Below are positions 10,523 through 18,694 of a stretch of DNA of 64,000 nucleotides, one piece after another. The notes below the pieces were generated by a model that saw nothing but the letters and a program-made list of their open reading frames with translations, ran no database searches and was not told where the DNA came from. Where the stretch lies: assembly GCA_934675625.1 (NCBI GenBank), contig CAKURH010000005.1:125-64124 (forward strand), read 5' to 3'. Within the stretch, counting starts at the first letter, position 1. The number at the start of each line of letters is the position of its first letter. This stretch comes from an uncultured Kiritimatiellota bacterium (lineage in GTDB: Bacteria; Verrucomicrobiota; Kiritimatiellia; RFP12; UBA1067). A program made the position numbers and the translations under genes.

Positions 10523-13500
10523 AGAAAACGAATCCTTTCTTCTGAATTTCCAGGTAAACCTTGTTGTCGTCCCGCATGAACGTGTAGATGCGGGCGTCTT
10601 GCCACGAACCGGTCGTTTCGTAGATCCAGTTCGCGGACGCGGCGTTCACGAGGTCGTCCGCCTCGAAGAGCAAGTAGGTGCCGGGCGCCGGCTTCTTCTT
10701 CGAGCGAATGTCGACCGCCAACGTCAGCGTGTCCGCCAGCGTGACGCGTCCCTTCACGCGAACCGGCTCAATCGTGCCGTCCGCCGCTATCGTGGCATCG
10801 AGGCGTGCGAGGCCCTCCACATCGCCCACATCGACCGTGCCGCCGCCCGTCAGCGTCGGCACGACAAACCGCTGCATCGCACCGCCGACCCGAAGCGAAG
10901 CACCGTCGGCCACCGCGAGCGGAAGCTGCGTGCCGAAGTCGCCGCCTTCGCCCAGGCCCTTCCATTTCTTCAGGAGATGCCTGTTGATTGCCGTCGCCGT
11001 GGCGGTGTCGTTGGTGCCGTCCGTGTAGATGACCAGTTCGCACAGTTTCAGGCCGCCGACGCCGCAGTTGCGGTCAATGGCGATGTTCCAGGCCTTGACA
11101 GCCTCCGGGAACGCGACGGAATAGACGACGAATTGCGTCGTCGCGTCCGTGCCGTCTGGACGGTAGGCGTTCGCCGTATACCAAGTCGAGCCGTCCGACA
11201 TCTTCGGTGCCGAAGCGGCCGTCGTGCAATCGGAGAAGTAGCCGCCAAAATCCTTGCCGCTCGGCACCAGTGCCGCAGCTCCTGGTCCGCTTTCTCCGCC
11301 TAGCGGCGTGCTGTTCTTGCCGGAAAACTGGAAGACCGCATGGAACTCCCGCACAGGAATCTGCGCACGCGCGCCGGTAGCCTCGTACAGGTACATGCCG
11401 GACGAGCCCGCGTTGTCCAAGTTGTTCTGATGGATGCCGAAATCAACGTAGGGCAAGCCCGCCGACAGTCCGTCCGAACCGTCGGAAACGGCATACTGGG
11501 CGTTCGTCATCCCGCCGCGATACCAAATGTTGTCGCCCGCCGCGATGAACGGCGTCGCCGCATACTTCCCGTTGTCCCGGCAGTCATACCAGCGCGCAAT
11601 CCGTCCGTCGCGCGACTGTCCCTCGCGCCAGGCAAACGACGACGCCCGGCTGGCGTCCAGGTGAAAGGTCGCCGAATCGAACGCCGTCGGCGTCAGGCCG
11701 CCCGCCAAATCAAGCGTGCCACCCGAAACGACAAGCCCCGTCACGGCGCCTCGGATCGGCGTCTCGACAGTGACCTTGCCGGTGCCGGTCTTCGTGAGCG
11801 TCCCGCCAGCTGGCAGCACGACTTCGCCAATCGTCGTGTCGGCATCGGCGACAAGCCTTGGCGCCGCATTGTCAGTTGAGAATTCCATGCGGAAAATTCT
11901 CGCCGGAGACCGCGCGAACGGTGCATCGACGCCCTTCCACTTCTTCATCAGGTAGGCGATCGTCTGCTGGCGTTCGGCGTCCGACAGAACCCGGTCGTAG
12001 AGCAGGACTTCGCCCAGCTGCGTGTCGCCGTATTCGTAGCCACGGTCAGTGGCCAGCCAGTGCGCACCCACGGCATCGGCGGACGAAAAACTGGCTATAT
12101 AATAGGCGTTCGTGTCAATGTCGAACCGCGCAAGGGGGTCGACGGCCTCGCCGTCCATCGTCCAGATGCCAGCCGCCGCCTTGCCGTAGGCATATGACAG
12201 GTGAAGCAGACGGGAAACGTCTTTCGCCTCACGGTTGAGAACCTGCGACTGGCAACCGAAGAGATTGGGACGATAGTTCGTGTCGTTTGTGATCCGCACC
12301 ACCTGGACAGCCTCGCGCACCGGGTAGTCGCCCCCGGCGATGTTCACGACCTTCATCCACGAAGCCGTGCCGCCGGTGCCGCCCGGTCCCGTCCCGAAAT
12401 CCAGGACCCGCTGCCCGTTGATGGCGTTCGCCACCAGCGTCGGATGACCGACCTGAACCCGCGCACAGGCGCGCACGTCCGCGCGGCAGTCGTTCCAGGC
12501 CACGATTGCGCCGTCCTCGGACACGAAGCTGTCCGCCGTCGCATCGCCCCAGAAGATCGCCCCTTCCGCCGGGCCGTCTGACGCCACCGCCGTCGCCTTC
12601 TCGTCGAACGCCACCGCGCCGCCATGAATCTCCAGCGACGGCGATGCGGGCTGGAATCGGCCGACTTTCAGCGTGCCGTCGCCTTTCTTGACGAACTTCG
12701 CGCCGCCGACCGCCAGATGGCGGACCTTCGCCGTGCGTCCGTCCGGCACGGACACGGCCACCGTCTCGTCCGAAGTCGCCAGCACGTTCACGTCGCTCCC
12801 GGTCATGTGTCCGGAATCGCCCCATTTTCGCCGCAGGTAGCGCAGCGTCGCCGTGCGTTCGGCATGGGTCAGGCGGTTGGTGTAGAAGACGGCCTCGGCG
12901 AGACGCACGCCGCCGATGCGACTGTCACGGTCGAGCGCGAATGTCGACGGCTTCAGGCCCTCGTCCGTCAGGACATATTCCAGAATGTGGAAACGTCCGA
13001 ACGGGACAGTCTGCCCGTATTCGACCTCGGCGCCGTCCAGATAAAGAATGCCGTTGCGAACCTTCGCATCCGTCCAGTCGCAGGCCACGGCGTTGTTCGC
13101 CCCGCGATGGAACTGATAGGCGCTCGTCTGCCCGACCGGAAATGCGCGCGCAACTTGCGTGTCCGCGAAGACGAGAATCACGTTCCGAACCTTCTCCCCC
13201 AGATCGTAGGTCATCCCCCCGCTCGGCCCCAGGCTGCTGTCCGCCGGATAGGTGCGGTCCCAGCCATAGGCGCCGAAATCGACAACGGGAAGGCCCCCCA
13301 GTGCCTCGAACGAAAGGAAAGGGCGATAAACGCCGTCCGCACCGCCGAAAGCCGTCGCGACGATCGACTCATGCCCCTCGCGGGCATCGCGCCAGGCCGA
13401 AACGTACGTGCGCCCGTCAGCCCCCTCTGCCAAGTCCATGCGGTTCGTGCGCGCCGCATCGACCCAAAAGACGGGATCGCCGCCGGGCGCATCCGAAACA

Positions 13501-14126
13501 TCCGGTGCCCCCTCCAGTTCCAGGACTCCGCCGTTGACGTCTATCCGCTGGGCATCCGCGTTGAGCGCGCCCCGCACGAGCAAAGAACCCGCACCTTCCT
13601 TGACCAGATAGCCGGACCCGCCCACCACGGCATCTATCGCGGCAGAAACGCCTGTCGGCACATTCACCGTCGGACGGTTCGCGGCATCGACCGCCGAAAG
13701 GCGCGGCGACGTCACGACGCCGGAGAAAAAGAGACTCCACTTCAAGGCATTGCCCGTCCACACGCCGTCGAACCCGGACGTGTCGCCGACCGTCACCATG
13801 CGCGGCGTGACGGAAGCCCCCGCACGGTCGTAAGTGGCGATCCTGTGCAACCACGTGCCCGCAACAGAGCCGATCGCGAATGCGCTCTCCGCCGGCAGTC
13901 GGACGGTCTGGACGGCAGAACCGTTGCCAGTGGCGACGGGTTCGTCCGGCAGAATCGCCGCGTCCGACGCACCTGACGGATACCCGCTTGCCCCCTGCCA
14001 GTTTGAGACGGTCGCCCAGTCCTGCGACCCGCTGTTCACGTTCGTCCAGCGGACTTCATCCGCCACGGCCCGCGTGCACAGGAACGCCGACAAGACCGCC
14101 AAGCATCTAATCGTTCGTTTCATCAT
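10512..14126 (-). CDS. Giant secreted beta-helix/LamG-repeat protein (three Laminin_G_3-like modules), probable surface glycan-binding protein
   Basis: Start MMKRTIRCLAVLSAFLCTRAVA with AAGGAGAAC upstream (the track ORF extends 61 codons further). Three modules each end in the LamG_3-type signature: LAEAVFYTNRLTHAERTATLRYLRRKWG, LGEVLLYDRVLSDAERQQTIAYLMKKWKG, LCELVIYTDG..INRHLLKKWKG. Confidence 0.75.
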   Translation of the reverse strand: MMKRTIRCLAVLSAFLCTRAVADEVRWTNVNSGSQDWATVSNWQGASGYPSGASDAAILPDEPVATGNGSAVQTVRLPAESAFAIGSVAGTWLHRIATYDRAGASVTPRMVTVGDTSGFDGVWTGNALKWSLFFSGVVTSPRLSAVDAANRPTVNVPTGVSAAIDAVVGGSGYLVKEGAGSLLVRGALNADAQRIDVNGGVLELEGAPDVSDAPGGDPVFWVDAARTNRMDLAEGADGRTYVSAWRDAREGHESIVATAFGGADGVYRPFLSFEALGGLPVVDFGAYGWDRTYPADSSLGPSGGMTYDLGEKVRNVILVFADTQVARAFPVGQTSAYQFHRGANNAVACDWTDAKVRNGILYLDGAEVEYGQTVPFGRFHILEYVLTDEGLKPSTFALDRDSRIGGVRLAEAVFYTNRLTHAERTATLRYLRRKWGDSGHMTGSDVNVLATSDETVAVSVPDGRTAKVRHLAVGGAKFVKKGDGTLKVGRFQPASPSLEIHGGAVAFDEKATAVASDGPAEGAIFWGDATADSFVSEDGAIVAWNDCRADVRACARVQVGHPTLVANAINGQRVLDFGTGPGGTGGTASWMKVVNIAGGDYPVREAVQVVRITNDTNYRPNLFGCQSQVLNREAKDVSRLLHLSYAYGKAAAGIWTMDGEAVDPLARFDIDTNAYYIASFSSADAVGAHWLATDRGYEYGDTQLGEVLLYDRVLSDAERQQTIAYLMKKWKGVDAPFARSPARIFRMEFSTDNAAPRLVADADTTIGEVVLPAGGTLTKTGTGKVTVETPIRGAVTGLVVSGGTLDLAGGLTPTAFDSATFHLDASRASSFAWREGQSRDGRIARWYDCRDNGKYAATPFIAAGDNIWYRGGMTNAQYAVSDGSDGLSAGLPYVDFGIHQNNLDNAGSSGMYLYEATGARAQIPVREFHAVFQFSGKNSTPLGGESGPGAAALVPSGKDFGGYFSDCTTAASAPKMSDGSTWYTANAYRPDGTDATTQFVVYSVAFPEAVKAWNIAIDRNCGVGGLKLCELVIYTDGTNDTATATAINRHLLKKWKGLGEGGDFGTQLPLAVADGASLRVGGAMQRFVVPTLTGGGTVDVGDVEGLARLDATIAADGTIEPVRVKGRVTLADTLTLAVDIRSKKKPAPGTYLLFEADDLVNAASANWIYETTGSWQDARIYTFMRDDNKVYLEIQKKGFVFYVR

Positions 14127-14190
14127 GTTCTCCTTCGTTCGTTTGATTTGCGTTGAGTTCAATAAGCACACGCCATGTGCCTGTGCGGGA

Positions 14191-14199
14191 ATTATAGCA
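14191..14199 (-). promoter_or_regulatory. Extended -10 promoter (TGCTATAAT) for the 14126->1 glycan operon
   Basis: Reverse complement of attatagca. Lies about 60 nt upstream of the 14126 start, in the divergent intergenic region. Confidence 0.55.
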
Positions 14200-14277
14200 T
14201 AACCTGTCCTGTGCGCGCTCAAAATTGCATATTGGTTTAAGCACAAAATCACTATCGAATCAAGACAATGTGAAATA

Positions 14278-14286
14278 TGGTATACT
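14278..14286 (+). promoter_or_regulatory. Extended -10 promoter (TGGTATACT) for the XylR-like regulator; implies a leaderless mRNA
   Basis: tggtatact is followed by 7 nt (ttgcccc) and then the ATG at 14294. No Shine-Dalgarno sequence is possible. Confidence 0.55.
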
Positions 14287-14293
14287 TTGCCCC

Positions 14294-15463
14294 ATGAAAC
14301 GAAGGGCAAAGAAGAGAACTGTCGTCGTCGTCCTGTGGCTTGCGGGGTCTGCGGGGCGCAAGCAGCTGACGGGCATATTGCAGTACGTCAACGCCGGGCA
14401 TCCCTGGAGCATCCGGCTTGTCACCGACCCCAAGGACTTTACGGACGAGGCCATCCGTCAGGCCGAAGCCGACGGCGTTCACGGCTTTCTCGTCCATGCC
14501 AATGCGCAGGTCGGCACCGCTCTCGCCGCCTCCACGGTCCCCACCGTCCTGCTGGACTTCCCGCCGCCCGCCCTGCGGTCGCGCAAAAACGCCATCGCCC
14601 TCATTCTCGACGGCGACGAGCAGATCGGGCGGACGGCCACCGACTACTTCCTTAAGCTCGGCAACTTCGCCTCTTTCGCGTTCGTGCCGGACGAGCAGAA
14701 CCGAGGATGGTCCCGCCTGCGCGAACGCGGCTACAAAGCGGCACTTGACGCAGCTGGTCGGGACTGTCTGATCTACGGACGCGGCAAGGGGAACTTGTCC
14801 GACTGGCTCAAGACGCTGACGCGCCCGACTGCCGTCTTCACGGCCTATGACCTGCGGGCGCAGGAGACCATTGAAGCCTGCAAGGCGGCGAAGCTGTCGA
14901 TTCCGGATCAGGTCGCCGTCCTCGGTGTCGACAACGACGAGCTCATCTGCGACTACACGACGCCGTCAATCTCCAGTATTCGGATCGACCATGAGACACT
15001 GGGCGCAGAAGCGGCCAAGATGCTTGACCGCATGATGCGCACACCGTCTGCCGCCAGCCCCAAGCCTGTCTTCATGCCGGTGGGAGAAGTCGTCGAACGG
15101 GAATCGACCGCGCCCACGCCACCGGCCGCGCATCTGGTCGCCCGTGCGTTGGCCTATATCCATGCCCATGCGGCGGAGTGCATTTCTGTGTCCGATGTCG
15201 TTCGGCATCTCGGCATTTCGCGCCGCCTCGCAGACCGCCGGTTCGGAGCCGCCACCGGCACGTCTCTCCGCCGCGCCATCGAAGACCGCCGCCTCGCGCT
15301 CGTGAAGGAACGGCTCGCCTCGACGCATCTTCCCATCAACAAGATCTCGCGCCTGTGCGGCTACGCCAACATCCAGCGGCTCAAATACGTCTTCAAGACC
15401 CGATTCGGCATGTCCATGAGCACCTGGCGGTCGCGCGAACACACGGACTGCCCTCAACCTTAA
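14294..15463 (+). CDS. XylR-type hybrid regulator (LacI-like periplasmic-binding fold sensor + AraC-family HTH)
   Basis: The C-terminus has a dual AraC HTH (ISVSDVVRHLGISRRLADRRF ... INKISRLCGYANIQRLKYVFKTRFGMS). The N-terminal ~270 aa are sugar-binding-like. Divergent from the glycan operon. Confidence 0.8.
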   Translation: MKRRAKKRTVVVVLWLAGSAGRKQLTGILQYVNAGHPWSIRLVTDPKDFTDEAIRQAEADGVHGFLVHANAQVGTALAASTVPTVLLDFPPPALRSRKNAIALILDGDEQIGRTATDYFLKLGNFASFAFVPDEQNRGWSRLRERGYKAALDAAGRDCLIYGRGKGNLSDWLKTLTRPTAVFTAYDLRAQETIEACKAAKLSIPDQVAVLGVDNDELICDYTTPSISSIRIDHETLGAEAAKMLDRMMRTPSAASPKPVFMPVGEVVERESTAPTPPAAHLVARALAYIHAHAAECISVSDVVRHLGISRRLADRRFGAATGTSLRRAIEDRRLALVKERLASTHLPINKISRLCGYANIQRLKYVFKTRFGMSMSTWRSREHTDCPQP

Positions 15464-15567
15464 CGCATTCGCCAAGCTCATCTCCGCCTAGAACATCAAT
15501 AACCCTTCCACGCCTTTTCCTCTGCCTCTTCAAGTTTTAAGAATTTTCCGCAATGAATTCTCATTTA

Positions 15568-15576
15568 TGGTATAAT
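15568..15576 (+). promoter_or_regulatory. Extended -10 promoter (TGGTATAAT) for the 15726 gene
   Basis: Perfect TGnTATAAT about 150 nt upstream of the ATG. Confidence 0.55.
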
Positions 15577-15725
15577 GTGCGGCATCGGCGCGGAAAGCGC
15601 GAAAATCTTGGAGAAATCAAGGCCTCACGCAACAAGCGCAAATGGACGACAAGCGCAAACGGGCAACACGATAACGAACGACACGACAACGAGCGACACG
15701 GCGAAACGCAGAAAGGAAGCAAGAG

Positions 15726-16679
15726 ATGGCACGGAAGACCTACGAGCACTCGGCGTACTGGTACGCGAAGAACTGCGGATGGACGCGCAGCGACAGGGCC
15801 TCGCACGTCGAGCGGCTTCTCGACGAGGTGAGGCGCGACCTGAAGTTCGGTGGCGGGCGCGTGGACGGGAACCTCTCGTGCGACCCCCTCGGCTTCGGCG
15901 TCTGCCTCGCCGTCTGCACGGCGATGGACATCGGCGCGGCGATGCGCGAGACCGCCCGCGCGCTCGCCGACCCCGCCGAGCGCGACCGCATGCGCCGCGA
16001 GCTCCTGCGCGACCTCCGCGCCGTGCGCCGCCCCTTCTACTACGCGCGCGAGACGGCCCGGCGGCGGGCGCTCGCCGCCGAACGACGCAAGATCACGCAG
16101 CGGACGACGCTCGCGCCCGAGCCGACGCCGGCGGACGTCCTTGCGGCGTGGGAACGGCGGAAGGACTCGAAGGAAGACATGATCCGCCTCGGCGGGATGC
16201 TCCACGACCTCGAGTGCTACGTCGACAACGCGCTCCGGTTCGACGCGAACGGCGACGTCGTGGGGCGCAACGGCGGCATCCGGGGGTGGCTGAAGGAGAA
16301 CCTGCCGGAGCTCTTCCCGAAGTACAAGACGCTCATGCGCTACAAGGCGATGGCGATCCGGCTGAGGCAGGCGACCGGGACGAAGGACCCGACGCCGACC
16401 AGCGCCCTTCTCGGCGACTGGGCGGGTGGGGCGAACGCGGCAGACGCGAAACGCCCCGCGAGAGGCGCGAGCGAGGCACCGCATGAGGTCGTGCAAGAAC
16501 TTTTGAAAGATTTCCGCATGACGTTCTCATCTTTGGAGGAGGGGCTAGCACAGAGGCTCGACCCGGAACGGGTGTTTCTGGATATGGCAGTATTGAAGCA
16601 GGGTAAGGCGCGGGGAAAACGGACAAGCCGCCTCCGTCACTCGCCGCACCAAAGCACCAACGTCCAAAACGACACATAG
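15726..16679 (+). CDS. Hypothetical protein (317 aa), no domain recognised
   Basis: Good SD (GAAAGGAAG) 6-8 nt upstream, plausible codon usage, own promoter and a shared terminator. No motif that I can assign. Confidence 0.55.
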   Translation: MARKTYEHSAYWYAKNCGWTRSDRASHVERLLDEVRRDLKFGGGRVDGNLSCDPLGFGVCLAVCTAMDIGAAMRETARALADPAERDRMRRELLRDLRAVRRPFYYARETARRRALAAERRKITQRTTLAPEPTPADVLAAWERRKDSKEDMIRLGGMLHDLECYVDNALRFDANGDVVGRNGGIRGWLKENLPELFPKYKTLMRYKAMAIRLRQATGTKDPTPTSALLGDWAGGANAADAKRPARGASEAPHEVVQELLKDFRMTFSSLEEGLAQRLDPERVFLDMAVLKQGKARGKRTSRLRHSPHQSTNVQNDT

Positions 16680-16719
16680 GTGTCGTGCGGGAAGTTCAGC
16701 GTTCAAACGAGATAAAACA

Positions 16720-16745
16720 AAAACCTCGATTACACTCGAGGTTTT
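16720..16745. terminator. Bidirectional intrinsic terminator hairpin (serves the 15726 gene and tRNA-Cys)
   Basis: aaaacctcga-ttacac-tcgaggtttt: a 10-bp stem flanked by A-run and T-run on both strands. Confidence 0.6.
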
Positions 16746-16748
16746 CAT

Positions 16749-16822
16749 TGGAGGTGGGAAGCGGAGTTGAACCGCTGTAAGCGGATTTGCAGTCCGCGAC
16801 CTAACCGCTCGGCCATCCCACC
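16749..16822 (-). tRNA. tRNA-Cys (anticodon GCA), CCA encoded
   Basis: Minus-strand sequence GGTGGGATGGCCGAGCGGTTAGGTCGCGGACTGCAAATCCGCTTACAGCGGTTCAACTCCGCTTCCCACCTCCA. It has a 7-bp acceptor stem GGTGGGA/TCCCACC, anticodon stem GCGGA/TCCGC with loop CTGCAAA, a T-loop GGTTCAACTCC, and discriminator U. Confidence 0.9.
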
Positions 16823-16839
16823 GTTGCTAAGTTGTGCAT

Positions 16840-16848
16840 AGTATATCA
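16840..16848 (-). promoter_or_regulatory. Extended -10 promoter (TGATATACT) for tRNA-Cys
   Basis: Reverse complement of agtatatca, 18 nt upstream of the mature tRNA 5' end. Confidence 0.5.
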
Positions 16849-16916
16849 AATCCGAGCGTTCGCCGTCAAGTGCCCTTCGGCAGGGAAACCGGAGCGCGCG
16901 TCCGAACTCGAAGCCA

Positions 16917-17651
16917 TCAGACCATGCCGCCGTTGACGGAGATGACCTGGCCGGTCACGTAGGACGACTCGTCGCCCGCCAGCCACGCGACGCAGTTCGC
17001 GATATCCGCACCCGTGCCGAACCGCTTCAGCGGAATCGACTCGGCGTACTGCTTCTTGAGCTCGTCAGGAAGCTGGTCGGTCATCGCCGAGACGATGAAG
17101 CCCGGCGCGACGGCGTTGCAGCGCACCTTGCGCGAGCCGAGCTCCTTCGCGACGGTCTTCGTCAGCGCGATCACGCCGCCCTTCGACGCCGTGTAGTTCG
17201 CCTGCCCCGCGTTGCCCGTGATGCCGACGACGGACGTGATGTTGACGATCGACCCGCCGCACGGCACGCCGTCCGCCCCCTTGTTCTTCATCATCGGACG
17301 CGCCACCGCGCGCGTGAAGAGGAACGTGCCCTTCAGGTTGATGTCGACGACGAGATCCCAGTCCGCATCGCTCATGCGCATGAGCAGCCCGTCCTTCGTG
17401 ACGCCCGCGTTGTTGACGAGCACGTCAATCCGCCCGAACTTCTCCAGCACTTCCTTGACGCAGGCGTCGACGTCCGCCGAACTCGAGACGTCGACCTTGC
17501 GGCAGTGGGCCGCGCCCTCGCACGACTCGATCGACCGCGCGACCGCGACGACCGTCGCGCCCTCGGCGGCGAGCTTCTTCACGATGGCCGCGCCGATGCC
17601 GCGCGACGCCCCGGTCACGATCGCGACCTTGCCCTTCAGCGTCTCGCCCAT
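16917..17651 (-). CDS. fabG: 3-oxoacyl-[ACP] reductase
   Basis: Motifs KGKVAIVTGASRGIGAAI and the SDR YxxxK region (YTASKGGVIALTK). Follows fabD with a 1-nt gap. Confidence 0.9.
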   Translation of the reverse strand: MGETLKGKVAIVTGASRGIGAAIVKKLAAEGATVVAVARSIESCEGAAHCRKVDVSSSADVDACVKEVLEKFGRIDVLVNNAGVTKDGLLMRMSDADWDLVVDINLKGTFLFTRAVARPMMKNKGADGVPCGGSIVNITSVVGITGNAGQANYTASKGGVIALTKTVAKELGSRKVRCNAVAPGFIVSAMTDQLPDELKKQYAESIPLKRFGTGADIANCVAWLAGDESSYVTGQVISVNGGMV

Positions 17652-17652
17652 G

Positions 17653-18573
17653 TCACAGCACCTCCAGCGTGGCGTCCAGCGACGCGAGGTCGGCGACGTT
17701 CGCCGTCTTCAGCGCCGCGTCGATCTTCTTGACGAGGCCCGACAGCACCTTGCCGGGGCCGAACTCGACGAACGTGTCGCAGCCGAGCGCCTTCGCCGCC
17801 GCGACGTCCGCCGCCCAGTTCGTCGTGCCCGTGACCTGTTCGAGCATGAGCGCCTTGATCGCGCCCGGATCGGCCGCATGCGGCTGGCCCGTCACGTTCG
17901 AGAGAACAGGAAACTTCGGCGCATGGAACGTGATCCCGTCAAGGACGGGCGCGAGCTTCTCGCGCGCCGGGGCCATGAACGGCGAGTGGAACGCGCCGGC
18001 CGTCGCAAGCGGAATCGCCCGCTTGATGCCGAGCTCCTTCGCCTTCACCGCCGCCGCCGCGATCGCGTCCTTCGAGCCGGACAGCACCTGCTGCGCCGCC
18101 GAGTTGACGTTCGCGACCGTGCAGCCCGTCGCCGCGCAGAGGGCCTGAAGCTGGTCAGGCGTCGCGCCGACGATGGCGATCATGCCGGACGGCGTCGCCG
18201 CGCAGGCCTCCTGCATGAAGCGGCCGCGCGCCTCCAGCACCTTCAGCGTCGAGTCGAAGTCGAGGACACCCGCCGCGCAGAGCGCACCCCACTCGCCGAG
18301 GGACAGGCCCGCCGCGCAGGCGAAGTCCGTCGGACGCCGCTTCTGGAGCGCCGTGTAGGCCGCGTAGCTCGTCACGAAGATCGCGGGCTGGCAGACGTTG
18401 GACTTCGTCAGCTCCTCCGCCGGGCCCTCGAAGCAGATCTTCTTCAGGTCGAAGCCGAGGACGGCGTTCGCCTTGTCGAAGAAGCCCATGATCTCGGAAT
18501 CCGCCTCGGCGAAATCCTTGCCCATGCCGGGGACCTGTGCGCCCTGTCCGGCGAAAATGCAGCACATGCTCAT
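17653..18573 (-). CDS. fabD: Malonyl-CoA:ACP transacylase
   Basis: Motifs MSMCCIFAGQGAQVPGMG and the active-site GLSLGEW. Start chosen at the conserved N-terminus; the track ORF has 46 spurious extra codons. Confidence 0.9.
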   Translation of the reverse strand: MSMCCIFAGQGAQVPGMGKDFAEADSEIMGFFDKANAVLGFDLKKICFEGPAEELTKSNVCQPAIFVTSYAAYTALQKRRPTDFACAAGLSLGEWGALCAAGVLDFDSTLKVLEARGRFMQEACAATPSGMIAIVGATPDQLQALCAATGCTVANVNSAAQQVLSGSKDAIAAAAVKAKELGIKRAIPLATAGAFHSPFMAPAREKLAPVLDGITFHAPKFPVLSNVTGQPHAADPGAIKALMLEQVTGTTNWAADVAAAKALGCDTFVEFGPGKVLSGLVKKIDAALKTANVADLASLDATLEVL

Positions 18574-18638
18574 TCTTTCTTTATCCTTTCTGGTTTCAGC
18601 CTTTTCAGAAATCTTTACTTCTGTTTTTCGTCTTGTGT

Positions 18639-18647
18639 AGTATACCA
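18639..18647 (-). promoter_or_regulatory. Extended -10 promoter (TGGTATACT) for fabD-fabG
   Basis: Reverse complement of agtatacca. About 65 nt of purine-rich leader lies before the fabD ATG. Confidence 0.55.
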
Positions 18648-18694
18648 CACCCCGCGCAGGGGCACAATGCCCGCCCTCGCGACCGTTGCGGACG

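Noticed and set aside
15464-16822. Genomic island integrated at tRNA-Cys
   Set aside because: There is no integrase or recombinase. I could not find a direct repeat of the tRNA 3' end. Only one orphan gene lies between the tRNA and a conserved-looking regulator. The evidence is insufficient.
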